Shown here piece after piece: positions 44,070 through 56,616 of a DNA stretch of 64,000 nt. The notes under the pieces were generated by a model. That model ran no database searches, was not told the origin of the DNA, and worked only from the letters and a program-made list of their open reading frames with translations. Source of the stretch: an uncultured Holophagales bacterium (GTDB lineage Bacteria > Acidobacteriota > Thermoanaerobaculia > Multivoradales > UBA5704); NCBI GenBank assembly GCA_963842525.1, contig CAWJGT010000001.1, positions 320,001 through 384,000 of the forward strand, given 5' to 3'. The number at the start of each line of letters is the position of its first letter. The first letter of the stretch is position 1. Both the position numbers and the translations under genes were made by a program.

Positions 44070-44353
44070 CGCCCGTGCCGCCGATCATCGAGCAATGCGG
44101 CAAGCACCAGACCTTCAGGATCCTCAAGCTTCGGCATCCGCAAGAACTCTTCGACGTCCAACGGCTTGATGGGAGGACGCATCAGCCCCTTCCGGATCAA
44201 CTCCTGCATGGCCTCTTCCTCCGGCAGCACTTGAACGAGCTTCGCGATCGGCTCGCCGCGCTCGGTGATGACGATCTCGTCGCCCGCCTTGACCTGCGCC
44301 AGGGTTTCGGAGAGAGAGGATCTCAGCTCTTTGATGCCCATCTTTCTCAACAT
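44066..44353 (-). CDS. Phd/YefM antitoxin
   Basis: GIKELRSSLSETLAQVKAGDEIVITERGEPIAKL. Confidence 0.9.
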   Translation of the reverse strand: MLRKMGIKELRSSLSETLAQVKAGDEIVITERGEPIAKLVQVLPEEEAMQELIRKGLMRPPIKPLDVEEFLRMPKLEDPEGLVLAALLDDRRHGR

Positions 44354-44408
44354 GCCCCGATCCTATTCGGGCGATAACGACCTGTCAATCCGGAACAGTG
44401 CGGCGTCC

Positions 44409-44648
44409 CTACGCCGTGCCCTGCCCGGACGAGGGGGGCTGCGGCTTGCCGGCGATGGCGAGGAAGAGCTCGTGGACGATCTCCTTGAGCTCGACGGTGT
44501 AGGTGGCCAGGTCGCGCATCGACTGCTCGAGCATCTCCGGCGTGGGCCGCACCATGGAGCCCCCCGACCGGGGACGGACCTTGTGGGTCAGCCGCTCGTC
44601 GAGGAGCTGGAGCTTCTGATAGGCGTCCTTCAGTCTCTGGGGGTCCAT
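44409..44648 (-). CDS. Small helical hypothetical protein
   Basis: RBS AAGG; last gene of the tightly coupled run from 46083. Confidence 0.65.
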   Translation of the reverse strand: MDPQRLKDAYQKLQLLDERLTHKVRPRSGGSMVRPTPEMLEQSMRDLATYTVELKEIVHELFLAIAGKPQPPSSGQGTA

Positions 44649-44649
44649 G

Positions 44650-44970
44650 TCAACCGCCTTTCCGCGAAGGGAGCTGGAGGGTGAAGTCGATGAGCCTCTC
44701 GACCTCTTCGGGGGTGAGCCGGCGCCGGAATGCGGGCATCGGGCCGTCCCCCTCGACGATCTGCTGCCGCACGGCCGCGCGGTCCCCTTGCCGGACCATC
44801 GGCGAATCCAGGAGGCTCAGATAGGGGTAGAGCTTGTTGGGACGGCGCCCCTGGCCGCGGTCGCCGTGACAGCGCGCGCAATACTTCCGGTAGAGGCCCG
44901 GGCCGCTGCGGTCCTGCGGGCCGCAGCCCGCGAGCAGCGGCAGGGCCAGACAGAGCCAGACCCATCTCAA
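44650..44970 (-). CDS. Monoheme cytochrome c lipoprotein
   Basis: TTG start overlapping the upstream stop; LAGC; CARCH; MPAF. Confidence 0.85.
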   Translation of the reverse strand: MRWVWLCLALPLLAGCGPQDRSGPGLYRKYCARCHGDRGQGRRPNKLYPYLSLLDSPMVRQGDRAAVRQQIVEGDGPMPAFRRRLTPEEVERLIDFTLQLPSRKGG

Positions 44971-45317
44971 CGAGAGGTCCCGGGCGGGCGCAGCGTGCGC
45001 ACGTACTTCACCAGGGAATTGACCTCCTGATCGGTGAGCTGGGGATAGCCGGGCATCTTGCCGAAGACGCCCCCGCGGATCGCGCCGCGGATGGCGGTCT
45101 CGCTGCCCCCGGTCCTCCAGAACTCGTCGGTGAGGTCGGCGTACTGGTCGCCCATGTAGGCCGGAGTGTTTCCCGAGCCGTCGATCCCATGGCACTTGGC
45201 GCAGTGCTCGCGGTAGAGCCGCTCCTCCGGAGTCCGCCCCTGCTCGCAGCCCGTCAGCACCGGGAGCATGAAGACCAGGGCGAGCGCCGGCAGCGCGGAA
45301 CGGCGGAAGGTCTTCAT
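44967..45317 (-). CDS. Monoheme cytochrome c lipoprotein
   Basis: LTGC; CAKCH; MPGY. Confidence 0.88.
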   Translation of the reverse strand: MKTFRRSALPALALVFMLPVLTGCEQGRTPEERLYREHCAKCHGIDGSGNTPAYMGDQYADLTDEFWRTGGSETAIRGAIRGGVFGKMPGYPQLTDQEVNSLVKYVRTLRPPGTSR

Positions 45318-46083
45318 GGCGTGGTCTCCCGGCGGTGCACCGCGGTCGCGGTTGCCTGATCGCGCGGTCGTACCACGATCTCGTCGATGTTGACATGCGA
45401 GGGGCGGGTCGTCGCCCAGAGGACGCAGTCGGCGATGTCTTCGGCGGTCAGCGGCGTCATGCCGCGGTAGACGCTCTTCGCCCGCTCCGCGTCGCCGGCA
45501 AAGCGGACGAGCGAGAACTCGGTCACCACCAGGCCCGGTGCGATCTCGGTGACCCGTACCGGCCGGCCGAGCAGCTCCAGCCGCAGGGTGCGGGTGAAGG
45601 CGCGCACGGCATGCTTGACGCCGGTATAGCCGGCGCCCCCGGCATAGGTCTCGAAGCCGGCGATCGAGCCGATGTCGATGACATGGCCGTCGCCCGAGGC
45701 TTCGAGAGCGGGCAGGAGCGCGCGGGTCATGCGCAGGGTGCCGAGGACGTTGCTCTCCCACATCGTCCGCCAGGTCTCGTCGCTGGCGTCCTCGATCCGG
45801 TCGAGCCCGAGGGCTCCGCCGGCGTTGTTGACCAGCAGGTGGAGGACCTCCGGGAGCTGGGCGACGAAGGAGGCGACGCTCGCCGCGTCGGTCACGTCGA
45901 GAGGCAGGGCGGTCGCGGTCCGCGTCCGCCAGCCGCTTCGATGGAGGCGGCGATCTCGCGCAGCCGGTCCAGCCGGCGCGCTCCGAGGAACACCTGAAAG
46001 CCCGCGCCGGCCAGGGCCCGCGCCGTCGCCGCACCGATCCCGGAGCTGGCTCCGGTCACCACCGCGATCTTGCCGTCCGCCAT
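45314..46083 (-). CDS. SDR oxidoreductase (apparent frameshift near 45900)
   Basis: [18 protein letters not shown]. Confidence 0.9.
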
Positions 46084-46135
46084 GAGAGTCTGCGATCCTC
46101 CGGCCTTATTTATATATGCGAAGGGGGTGCGGGCA

Positions 46136-46212
46136 AAAGGACCACAAGGACACCAAGGACCACAAGGACGGGTTTTTGAGTCCTTGAAGTCCTTGGTGTC
46201 CTTGTCGTCCTG
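46136..46212. repeat. Inverted pair of 9-bp tandem repeats
   Basis: Four AAGGAC-cored units facing four GTCCT(T)-cored units. Confidence 0.8.
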
Positions 46213-46233
46213 GGTGGGTGGTGGCCTGCCTCC

Positions 46234-46907
46234 TCACACCTCGCCGAAGGGCAGAGGTCGGCCACCACGCAGGCGGCGCATGCGGGACGGCGCGCCTGGC
46301 AGATCTTCCGGCCGTGGTCGATCAGGAGGTGGGACCAGACCGTCCAGTCCTCCTGCGGCACCAGCTTGAGCAGGTCCTGCTCGATCTTCTCCGGATCGGT
46401 CTCCCAGGTCAGGCCGAGGCGGCGGGCGAGGCGCTGGACGTGGGTGTCGACCACGATTCCGACGTTCTTGCCGAAGGCGTTGCCCAGCACCACGTTGGCG
46501 GTCTTGCGGCCGACTCCGGGCAGGGGCGTCAGCTCCTCCATGGTCTGCGGCACCTCGCCACCCTGGTCCGCCACCAGGGCCTGGCCCATGGCCTTGAGCG
46601 TCTTCGCCTTGTTGCGGTAGAAGCCGGTGGTGCGCACCATCTCCTCGAGCTCGGGCAGGTCGGCCTCGGCGTAGTCACGGGCCGTGGGATAGCGCCGGAA
46701 GAGCGCCGGGGTCACCTCGTTGACCCGCTTGTCCGTGCACTGGGCCGAGAGGATCGTGGCCACCAGGAGCTGGAGCGGCGTCGCGAAGTCGAGGGCGCAA
46801 CGGGTGTCCGGATATTCGCGCCGCAGCCGCGCGAGGATCTCGAGCGCCCGCGCCCGCTTCGCCCGCTGCGACTCCCGCTTCGCCTGCGCCGGAGTGATGC
46901 CCGCCAT
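46234..46907 (-). CDS. nth: Endonuclease III
   Basis: [31 protein letters not shown]-x6-C-x2-C-x5-C; the 3' end is inferred across a likely frameshift. Confidence 0.92.
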
Positions 46908-47260
46908 CAATCCGACTCTCCCGGCGCCAGGGCCCGCACCAGCCAGTTCACCACCGCGATCACCAGGCCGCCCAGGATCGCCGGCATGCAGCCGTCGACC
47001 CGGAGGCCGTCGAGCAGCCAGTCGGCGAGCAGGAGCACGAGCCCGTTGATCACCAGGTAGAAGAGGCCGAGGGTGAGGACGATCAGCGGGAAGGAGAAGA
47101 AGGAGACGATCGGCTTGACCAGCAGGTTGATCAGGCCGATCACCAGGCCGGCGAGGAGCAGGTAGAACAGGCCGCCGGTGTAGTGGATCCCCGGAATCAG
47201 CCGCTCGGCGATCAGCAGGGCGACGCCGTTCAGCACGATCTGGAGCAGTGTGCGGATCAT
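46907..47260 (-). CDS. Four-TM YvlD / phage-holin-family membrane protein
   Basis: [26 protein letters not shown]. Confidence 0.85.
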   Translation of the reverse strand: MIRTLLQIVLNGVALLIAERLIPGIHYTGGLFYLLLAGLVIGLINLLVKPIVSFFSFPLIVLTLGLFYLVINGLVLLLADWLLDGLRVDGCMPAILGGLVIAVVNWLVRALAPGESD

Positions 47261-47272
47261 GAAACGGATCTT

Positions 47273-47505
47273 ACCTCACCCCCTGTCCCCCTCTCCCCTC
47301 TCCCCCCCGCCGACCGGGAGAGGGGGGACGTAGCTGGAGCGGAGATGGCGAGTCCACGAATGTCATTCTGAGCGCAGCGAAGAATCTGGGCGGGCGGAGC
47401 TTCCCAACCCCCAGATCCTTCGCTGCGCTCAGGATGACACAGCAAAGGTCCCCCTCTCCCGGCGGGGGTTGGGAGGGAGATGGGAGAGGGGGTTAGGGGG
47501 TGAGG
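47273..47505. repeat. Nested REP-like inverted repeats
   Basis: Outer arms CCTCACCCCC..CCCCCTCTCCC and GGGAGAGGGGG..GGGGGTGAGG; inner palindrome TGTCATTCTGAGCGCAGCGAAGAATCT...AGATCCTTCGCTGCGCTCAGGATGACA (47361-47439). Confidence 0.85.
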
Positions 47506-47993
47506 ACCTCCTGCGCCTTCCCCTCCAAAATCTCACGGGCCTGTTTGACCGCCTGGCGCTCGTTCTCGAAGGTCAGCCGGGTGATGCCGGCGGTCCAGGA
47601 GAACCAGCCGGTGCCCGAGACCTCGTCGGCGTCGAAATTCACGGGATCGCCGCTGATGTACTCCAGGAGGAAATAGTCCACCTTTTTGTGGATGCGGCGG
47701 GCTCCCCGCTCGATGTACCAGTACTCGACGCCGGGCAGCGGCGCCACGATGCGGCCGGTGACGCCCGTCTCCTCGCGGACCTCGCGGATGGCAGCCTCTT
47801 CCGGGGTCTCGCCCTCCTCGATGTGCCCCTTGGGGAGCTGCCAGCGACGCCCCTCCTGGGTGGCGATGAGGAGGATGCGCGAGCCGCGGACGATCAGGCC
47901 GCCGGCCGAGCGGTGATGCTCGGTCCGCAGCTGCCGGATCCGGCCGGAGGACGGGTTGCGCGGGGGGCTCTTGCGGCGGCGGGCGGGCTTCAG
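47493..47993 (-). CDS. NUDIX hydrolase (start uncertain)
   Basis: LPKGHIEEGETPEEAAIREVREETGV. Confidence 0.88.
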   Translation of the reverse strand: MKPARRRKSPPRNPSSGRIRQLRTEHHRSAGGLIVRGSRILLIATQEGRRWQLPKGHIEEGETPEEAAIREVREETGVTGRIVAPLPGVEYWYIERGARRIHKKVDYFLLEYISGDPVNFDADEVSGTGWFSWTAGITRLTFENERQAVKQAREILEGKAQEVLTP

Positions 47994-48598
47994 TTGGTCG
48001 TCTCCCCGCCCCGGGCCGGCGCCGTCCAGGATGGGAGCGCGGCAGGGTCGACCCCGACCGAACGCAGGGCGGCATTCCACACCTCGTCCGGGTCGGGAGC
48101 GAAGATGAGGTCGGTCTGGACCGGGGCGGTCAGCCAGTCGTTGCGGAGGATCTCCTCCATGAGCTGGCCGGCGCCCCAGCCGGCATACCCGAGGAAGAGC
48201 CGGAAGGCCGGCGGCGGCGTTTCGGCGAGCGTCACGAGGTCGCCGATGTGCTGGGTCAGGGACACGCCGGGGAGGACCTCGGTCGCGGCCTCGGTCTCCA
48301 CCTCGGTGGGCGCGAAGAGGACGGTGCCGAGCTGCGGCCTCACCGGCCCGCCGAAATGGGCGACCGCCTCGGTCTCGCCGTGCCAAGTCACCTGCATCCC
48401 CTTGAGGATCTCGGGGAGGCGGATGCCGGTCGCGCGGTTGATGATGAACCCGAAGCTCCCCTCTTCCTCGTGATGGATCAGCAGGACGACGCTGCGGTGG
48501 AAAAACGGGTCGAGCACCTGCGGCATGGCCACCAGCAGCACCGGGGTCGTCAGGTCGGAGGACACGCCGTCCGTTATCCCATCCATCATCCCGTCCAT
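47990..48598 (-). CDS. yqgE: YqgE/AlgH family protein
   Basis: LLVAMP..DPFFHRSVV, GGPV, GYAGWGAGQL..E..W. Confidence 0.9.
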   Translation of the reverse strand: MDGMMDGITDGVSSDLTTPVLLVAMPQVLDPFFHRSVVLLIHHEEEGSFGFIINRATGIRLPEILKGMQVTWHGETEAVAHFGGPVRPQLGTVLFAPTEVETEAATEVLPGVSLTQHIGDLVTLAETPPPAFRLFLGYAGWGAGQLMEEILRNDWLTAPVQTDLIFAPDPDEVWNAALRSVGVDPAALPSWTAPARGGETTN

Positions 48599-48711
48599 CT
48601 TATCGCGAACCCTCTTGGCGGGCATGGTATCGTTGAAGCCCCCGGGCGGGTCCAATCCGGCCGGCGGCGCCTCCGGCGCCATCCCCCTGTGAGATCCGAG
48701 GAGACTGTCCC

Positions 48712-51486
<2,775 letters not shown>

Positions 51487-51499
51487 TTTCGTCACCCAT

Positions 51500-51608
51500 G
51501 CCCCGCCCGGCGATGAAGCGCCGGGCTAGGAACGGCGCCCCATGAATGGGGCTTGAAGCCGGTTCACCCGGCGCTGTTCCTAGCCCAGGCATTCATGCCC
51601 GGGCGGCA
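51500..51608. repeat. REP-like inverted repeat cluster
   Basis: GCCCGGCGATGAAGCGCCGGGCTAGGAAC mirrored by GTTCCTAGCCCAGGCATTCATGCCCGGGC; central GCCCCATGAATGGGGC. Confidence 0.75.
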
Positions 51609-51611
51609 GGG

Positions 51612-51780
51612 GCGGTAAAGCAGAACATCAATCTGCACATCCAGAACATCTTCGAGGAAGGAGAGCTCGATCCCGGGCCAACCATCCGGAAATTCCGGAT
51701 AGTTCAAACCGAAGGAAAAAGGGAGAGTGCGCGGCTCGTCGACCACTACAACCTCGACGTGATCCTCGCCGTCGGCTATG
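51612..51780 (+). pseudogene. RhuM-family fragment
   Basis: NINLHIQNIFEEGEL..RKFRIVQTEG..HYNLDVILAVGY; has no start and ends at array E. Confidence 0.8.
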
Positions 51781-51789
51781 AGGCACGTG

Positions 51790-52160
51790 GTATCGATTCA
51801 GGGTTACGCTGCATCGATCCAGAAAATTTGGAACGCGTACAGAAATTTTGGAAGCGGTCCAGAAAATTTGGAACGCGCCCAGAATTTTTTGGAACCGCTT
51901 CCGGGTTTCGCTGCATCGATCCAGAAAGTTTGGAACGCGTACAGAAATTTTGGAAGCGGTCCAGAAAATTTGGAACGCGCCCAGAATTTTTTGGAACCGC
52001 TTCCGGGTTTCGCTGTATCGATCCAGAAAATTTGGAACGCGTACAGAAATTTTGGAAGCGGTTCCAAAAATTTGGAACGGGTCCAGAATTTTTTGGAACC
52101 GATCCAGAAAATTTGGAACCCGTACAGAATTCGTGGAATCGACCCCAGTTCATCCTGGAT
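51790..52160. repeat. 20/21-bp A-tract array E with 102-bp higher-order repeat
   Basis: CCAGAAAATTTGGAACGCGT-type units; five-unit blocks start at 51819, 51921 and 52023. Confidence 0.95.
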
Positions 52161-52165
52161 TCCGT

Positions 52166-53188
52166 TCAGGCACCCTTCGAACGATGAAATGTACCGTCTC
52201 TTCGGACCATGGAGATCCCGATCCAGAGAAGAGACTTGGCATCCTCCGCGACTCCGGGGAACCGCGCCTCGGGATCGTGGCGTGCCCGCAGGAGGAAAGC
52301 GGCAACCTGGCGGGCCAGCCCGGAGCTGGCTGCCTCGGTGAGCGCCGCGCTCTGAAACACCGCCAAGGCGGCGATCGCCTCGCGATGGACCTCCTGGGAG
52401 AGGAAGACCGGGACCATCCCGAGGACGAGCTCCTTGACCGGTGACCTGCCCCTCCTCGGCATAGAGGCCCGCCAGATCCAGAGCCGCGAGGGCGGCATCA
52501 TAAGCCATCCCCCTGTCCAGAAACGCGCGCCAGACCTCGTCAAGCATCCGCACCGCCTCCCCCCGCTCACCGGTCCCGGCTGCGACCCGCCCCTCGGCCC
52601 ACCGCAAGCGCACCAGATCCAGCGCATTTCCCAGCTCCTGACAGAGCCCCTGGACGCCGGGGAGAAGCTCCCGGGCTTCTGCGAGCCGGCCAAGCATCGT
52701 CAGATTCCAGACGAGGTTGTGCTGGCAACATAGAAGGAGACGAGGATCGCGGCCCGGGTCTATAAGATGGACGGCCTCCTTCAACAGCTCGACCGCCGCT
52801 GCCGGTTGCTCGGCGTCCGAGAAAGCGAACGCCTTCTTGACCATAGCCCGCCCTGCCAGATGCGAATCTCGCTGCTCCGGTCTCCCTTCCTTATAGATAG
52901 AGATCACGCGGTCCAGCAGGCCCAAAACCTCGGGGAACCGCCGCTGAGCGATCCGCAGAGAGGCTTTCAGATCCCAGAGGACCGGCCCGTAGCCGAGAGC
53001 ATTCTCCTCCCGATCAGCCCAGAATCGATCCGAGGCCGCATCGGCCTCCTCGGCGCTCCGGAGATCGCCAAGCACCCTGCGCGCGTTGCCGAGGTGGGCC
53101 CAGGCCAGCGACCGCACCTCGTCGAGCCAGTCCTCCTCGAAAGGCTCCCCCGCCTTCAACCGATCGCCAAGAACCACCGCCAACTCGC
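52166..53188 (-). pseudogene. TPR-like helical repeat protein, N-terminally truncated and frameshifted
   Basis: AWAHLGNARRVLGDL, RLRWAEGRVAAG, YDAALAALDLA, VHREAIAAL. Confidence 0.7.
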
Positions 53189-53304
53189 ATGACCGCGCTC
53201 CTGCCGGAGTCCTGGAAGAAGGGAAAGGCCTGGGCAAGCCCAGGGGATAGAAGAGCTGTCAGAACGAGGGCTGCGATCGTACGGCCCGTCTTGGGAGGGA
53301 ACAT
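53189..53304 (-). pseudogene. Truncated small secreted peptide gene joined to the TPR remnant
   Basis: RBS GAGGAG; signal peptide MFPPKTGRTIAALVLTALLSPGLAQA. Confidence 0.5.
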
Positions 53305-53454
53305 GGCAAGGCTCCTCTGCAAGCGGCTGCGCCTCACCGCCGCCACGGCCGCGAGCGAGCCGCCCTCAACAACGAGAGTGTCCTGGCTTGGCGACAACGA
53401 TCCTCCAAGCAAGGCTGGGCGGTAACAGTCTTCCGCCGGGGTGCGGTGGGAGGC

Positions 53455-53569
53455 CCCTGGGACCGCGGGCGTCCCGCCCGCCCAGGCTTCCAGCTACCTG
53501 TGCGTTGCCGGAAGCCCTACGCCGGCCCCAACGTCGTGGAGGGCGGGCGAGACGCCCGCGGTCCCAGGG
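53455..53569. repeat. REP doublet (REPIN-like)
   Basis: CCCTGGGACCGCGGGCGTCCCGCCCGCCC and GGGCGGGCGAGACGCCCGCGGTCCCAGGG, 29-bp arms with one mismatch. Confidence 0.9.
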
Positions 53570-53644
53570 AGAAAAACCTATTGATGGGTGGCTATGGCAT
53601 CAGAACTGACTTATCGAGATTTGAGCCCTCCTTCCAGGACGCCT

Positions 53645-53830
53645 TCTGGGTTTATTGAAGTCCATCACCTCAAGCCGCAAGCGGAGATTCAGATGGAGTA
53701 TGAGATTGACCCAATCTCGGATTTGCGCCCGATTTGCCCGAACTGCCACGCAATGATTCACCGAGGCAGGGAGATGATGTCGATTGACGACCTGAAACGA
53801 TTGATTCACGACCATGCCGAACCAAGGTAG
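53645..53830 (+). pseudogene. HNH endonuclease C-terminal fragment
   Basis: FIEVHHLKP..DLRPICPNCHAMIHR. Confidence 0.75.
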
Positions 53831-53901
53831 AAATTGGGTACAATAGGAAGGAGGCAACAAGGTGGAGCCATAGCCATATGCGCGGAAGCAAGGTCTGGTT
53901 C

Positions 53902-53967
53902 GGCCAACCAGAAGCTTACAGCGAACAGCCAGCTTCGAGTCTGTCGCTGAAGATGCTGCCGTCACGA
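53902..53967 (+). other. Degenerate attC-like site
   Basis: GGCCAAC, then CTT(A)CAGCGA(A)CAG pairing with CTGTCGCTGAAG with two bulged bases; the right core is degenerate (GTCACGA). Confidence 0.45.
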
Positions 53968-53980
53968 GTCCGCTTTCCGC

Positions 53981-54241
53981 TTGAACGAACCAAACGAATC
54001 CTACCTCTCGCGACCAGTTCGCGTCGCACGCGCGGTGTCAATCGTCGCGTCGTGGGTGATCTGGGTTTCCGTCTTACTTATCGGGTTCATGCATGTGATT
54101 CCGCAGGGAGTAGTCATACTTCTCTTTGCTGCCGGCCTCGCGCCGTACCTTGCTTCGCTGCACATCGTCGAGCCATGGCTAATGCGTCGCGAAGAGAGAA
54201 AACATCAGAACCGCCGTGCTGAAGAGCGCGGTGACGGCTAA
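53981..54241 (+). CDS. Small two-TM membrane protein
   Basis: Two hydrophobic helices; stop codon lies within GGCTAAC. Confidence 0.5.
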   Translation: MNEPNESYLSRPVRVARAVSIVASWVIWVSVLLIGFMHVIPQGVVILLFAAGLAPYLASLHIVEPWLMRREERKHQNRRAEERGDG

Positions 54242-54613
54242 CTCGGTTCTGCAGCCGACGCCAACCCGCGCCGCGTGATCGGCCCCTATAAAGGCAGAGC
54301 TACAGATGGGGTGAGACTCTAGCTGTCGCCTCCCGGAACGCCGCCGCGAACAAGCCATAGGCCTCGTAGAGTTCTTTGCCGATTTGGCAACAGTCCGTTT
54401 TCTCTCGGTCGCCGCCTCGGCCTCGATCTCGTCTATGAGCTCGGCGGCGGCCTTGACGCAGGGTTGGGAAGAGGTGTAGCTTGCGTCAAGCCCAAGAGGG
54501 TGAGCACCTTGCGTGCTCGACCCCTGGGGCCGGCCGCGGAGTTGACCCGCAGGTTGTATCGTATACGCCTGTGGGTGCCTGCGAAACATCACATATCGAA
54601 AGGTCAAGTGATC

Positions 54614-55063
54614 ATGTCCACAAACACCATTCGACTTCACCGTGTGCTGCGTGCGACACCTGAAAGAGTCTATCGGGCATTCCTTGATGCCGATGCCATG
54701 GTCAAATGGCTTCCGCCGAACGGCTTCACCGGTAAGGTTCACCATCTGGATGCCAAAGTTGGCGGCACCTACAAAATGTCGTTCACGAACTTCAGCACAG
54801 GCAACAGCCACTCTTTTGGCGGCGAGTATCTCGAGCTGGTACCCAACGAACGCATTGTGCACACGGACAAGTTCGATGACCCGAACCTGCCCGGAGAAAT
54901 GCAGACGACGATCTCCTTGCAGCAGGTGTCGGTCGGAACCGAGCTCAACGTAGTGCAAGAAGGAGTCCCCGAAGCCATTCCGCCCGAGGCCTGCTATCTC
55001 GGCTGGCAGGAATCGCTCACCCTGCTTGCGCAACTCGTCGAGGCAGAAGTTCCAGAGCAATAA
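54614..55063 (+). CDS. SRPBCC (AHSA1-like) family protein
   Basis: IRLHRVLRATPERVYRAF, FGGEYLELVP, CYLGWQESL. Confidence 0.9.
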   Translation: MSTNTIRLHRVLRATPERVYRAFLDADAMVKWLPPNGFTGKVHHLDAKVGGTYKMSFTNFSTGNSHSFGGEYLELVPNERIVHTDKFDDPNLPGEMQTTISLQQVSVGTELNVVQEGVPEAIPPEACYLGWQESLTLLAQLVEAEVPEQ

Positions 55064-55091
55064 CGCTGAGACATTGACCAGGACGGAAAGC

Positions 55092-56558
55092 CTACTTTTC
55101 CAGATCCAGCCCTGCGAACGACGGCTTGCCGAGCGGTGACGGGAAGAGGTTCTTCACCCGCGGACCGTGGGCGAAGATCGCCGCGCCGTACATGAGGGGC
55201 ACGAAGGGGGCCTCTTCGCCGATGCGGCGGAGGAAGGCGGCGCGGAGGTCGCCCCGCGGGTCCTGGCGCAGCTTGGCGAGCGTCCGGTCGGTCTCGGGGT
55301 CGTGCCAGCGGCTCAGGTTGGCGCCTACGATCGTCTTGCGGTGCGGCACCGGGATCGACTCGGAGCCCAGAATCGCTTCGAGGAAGTCGACCGGATCGAG
55401 CGTGTCGGCGATCCAGCCGGCGAGCGCCAGGTCGTAGTCCCCGTGCTGCGTCCTGGCTTGATACTCCTGGACGGTGGCCGTCGGCACGATCTCCACCTCG
55501 ATCCCGAGCTCGCCGAGGCGGGCCGCGATGTACTCGCCGACCTGTTGCGGGTTCGGCAGGTAGGGCCGGGGACCGAAGATGAGGAGGAGCTGCAGCCGCT
55601 CCGGTTTCCGGACGCCGGGCTGGGCCAGGAGCTCCCGCGCCTTTCTCCGATCGAACACCAGGCCGTCGTGCAGTTGTCCTCCCTGGGGGCCCCCCTGGGA
55701 GAGGATCGGCGGCAGCAGGCCCGTGGCGGTGAAGGCCGAGGCCGTGGCGTAGAACATCCTGGCGATCTCCCGCCGGTCGATCGACAGCGCGATGGCCCGC
55801 CGCACCCGCGGATCGCCCAGCCCCGGGCGGTCCGTATTCATGTAGAGGAGGGCGGTCGAGCTGCCCGGCTCGGTCCAGCGGCGGACGTTCTTCAGGCGCA
55901 GGATGTCCTCGCGGGAGAGGACGTTCGAGAAGTCCACCTCGCCGGCGTCGAGGGCGGCGAGCAGGGCCTCGGGCCGCCGGTTCTCGTCGAGTGGATAGAC
56001 CACGAACACGACCTCGTCGAGAGCCGGCGGGTTGCGGTAGTACGGGTTGCGCACCAGCCGCATCCGCTCCGGCGTCGCGTCCTGGGCGGGGAGGAAGGGG
56101 CCGGTGCCGAGGAGCGTGCCGCCGGCCTCGCGGGTGGTTTCACGGGTAATATTGCAGAAGCGCCGGGTGAGCACCAGGTCGAAGCGGGCGTTCGGACGCT
56201 TCAGACGGAAGTACACCCGGTCGCCGTGCGCCACCACGTCCGCTTGCTCGAGGAAGGTCGAGGCCTTGGACAGCGAGTCGGCCACGTGCTGCGCGGTCAG
56301 CGGCGTGCCGTCCGAGAAGAGGATGTCCGGGCGGACGGCGGCGGAGAAGACGGGAGCGCCGTCCGAGGGCCGCTCCGGGCGCAGCCGCTCCTGGAAGAGG
56401 ATCGGCTCGGGAGAGACCCCGGCAGCCCGCGGCTGGGCGAACGGCGTCTCGTAGACCTGCAGGACCGCGAAGGCGCTGACGAAGTCCTGCGCGTCCCGCG
56501 GGTCGAGGGTCGTGACCGGGGTGAGGACCCCCACGCGTAGCGTCTTCGTTCCGGCCAT
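55092..56558 (-). CDS. Family 5 ABC substrate-binding-like protein, no signal peptide
   Basis: TLDPRD, FSDGTPLTA, GTGPF, DPRVRRAIALSIDR. Confidence 0.85.
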   Translation of the reverse strand: MAGTKTLRVGVLTPVTTLDPRDAQDFVSAFAVLQVYETPFAQPRAAGVSPEPILFQERLRPERPSDGAPVFSAAVRPDILFSDGTPLTAQHVADSLSKASTFLEQADVVAHGDRVYFRLKRPNARFDLVLTRRFCNITRETTREAGGTLLGTGPFLPAQDATPERMRLVRNPYYRNPPALDEVVFVVYPLDENRRPEALLAALDAGEVDFSNVLSREDILRLKNVRRWTEPGSSTALLYMNTDRPGLGDPRVRRAIALSIDRREIARMFYATASAFTATGLLPPILSQGGPQGGQLHDGLVFDRRKARELLAQPGVRKPERLQLLLIFGPRPYLPNPQQVGEYIAARLGELGIEVEIVPTATVQEYQARTQHGDYDLALAGWIADTLDPVDFLEAILGSESIPVPHRKTIVGANLSRWHDPETDRTLAKLRQDPRGDLRAAFLRRIGEEAPFVPLMYGAAIFAHGPRVKNLFPSPLGKPSFAGLDLEK

Positions 56559-56616
56559 GGCGATCTCCCTGGCGGCCCTTCGTACCACATCTCGGGCGCC
56601 ATCGCCAAAGCCGGAG

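Noticed and set aside
46907-47260. Holin as evidence of a prophage
   Set aside because: This four-TM family is commonly chromosomal; it is coupled to nth and no phage genes are nearby.
51546-52444. Repeat-protein ORFs across array E (likewise arrays C and D)
   Set aside because: Several frames on both strands are open only because the units lack stop codons; there is no convincing RBS or start, and 20-bp units do not preserve a peptide repeat.
54290-54480. Possible minus-strand gene fragment
   Set aside because: Too short and has no motif I can assign with confidence.
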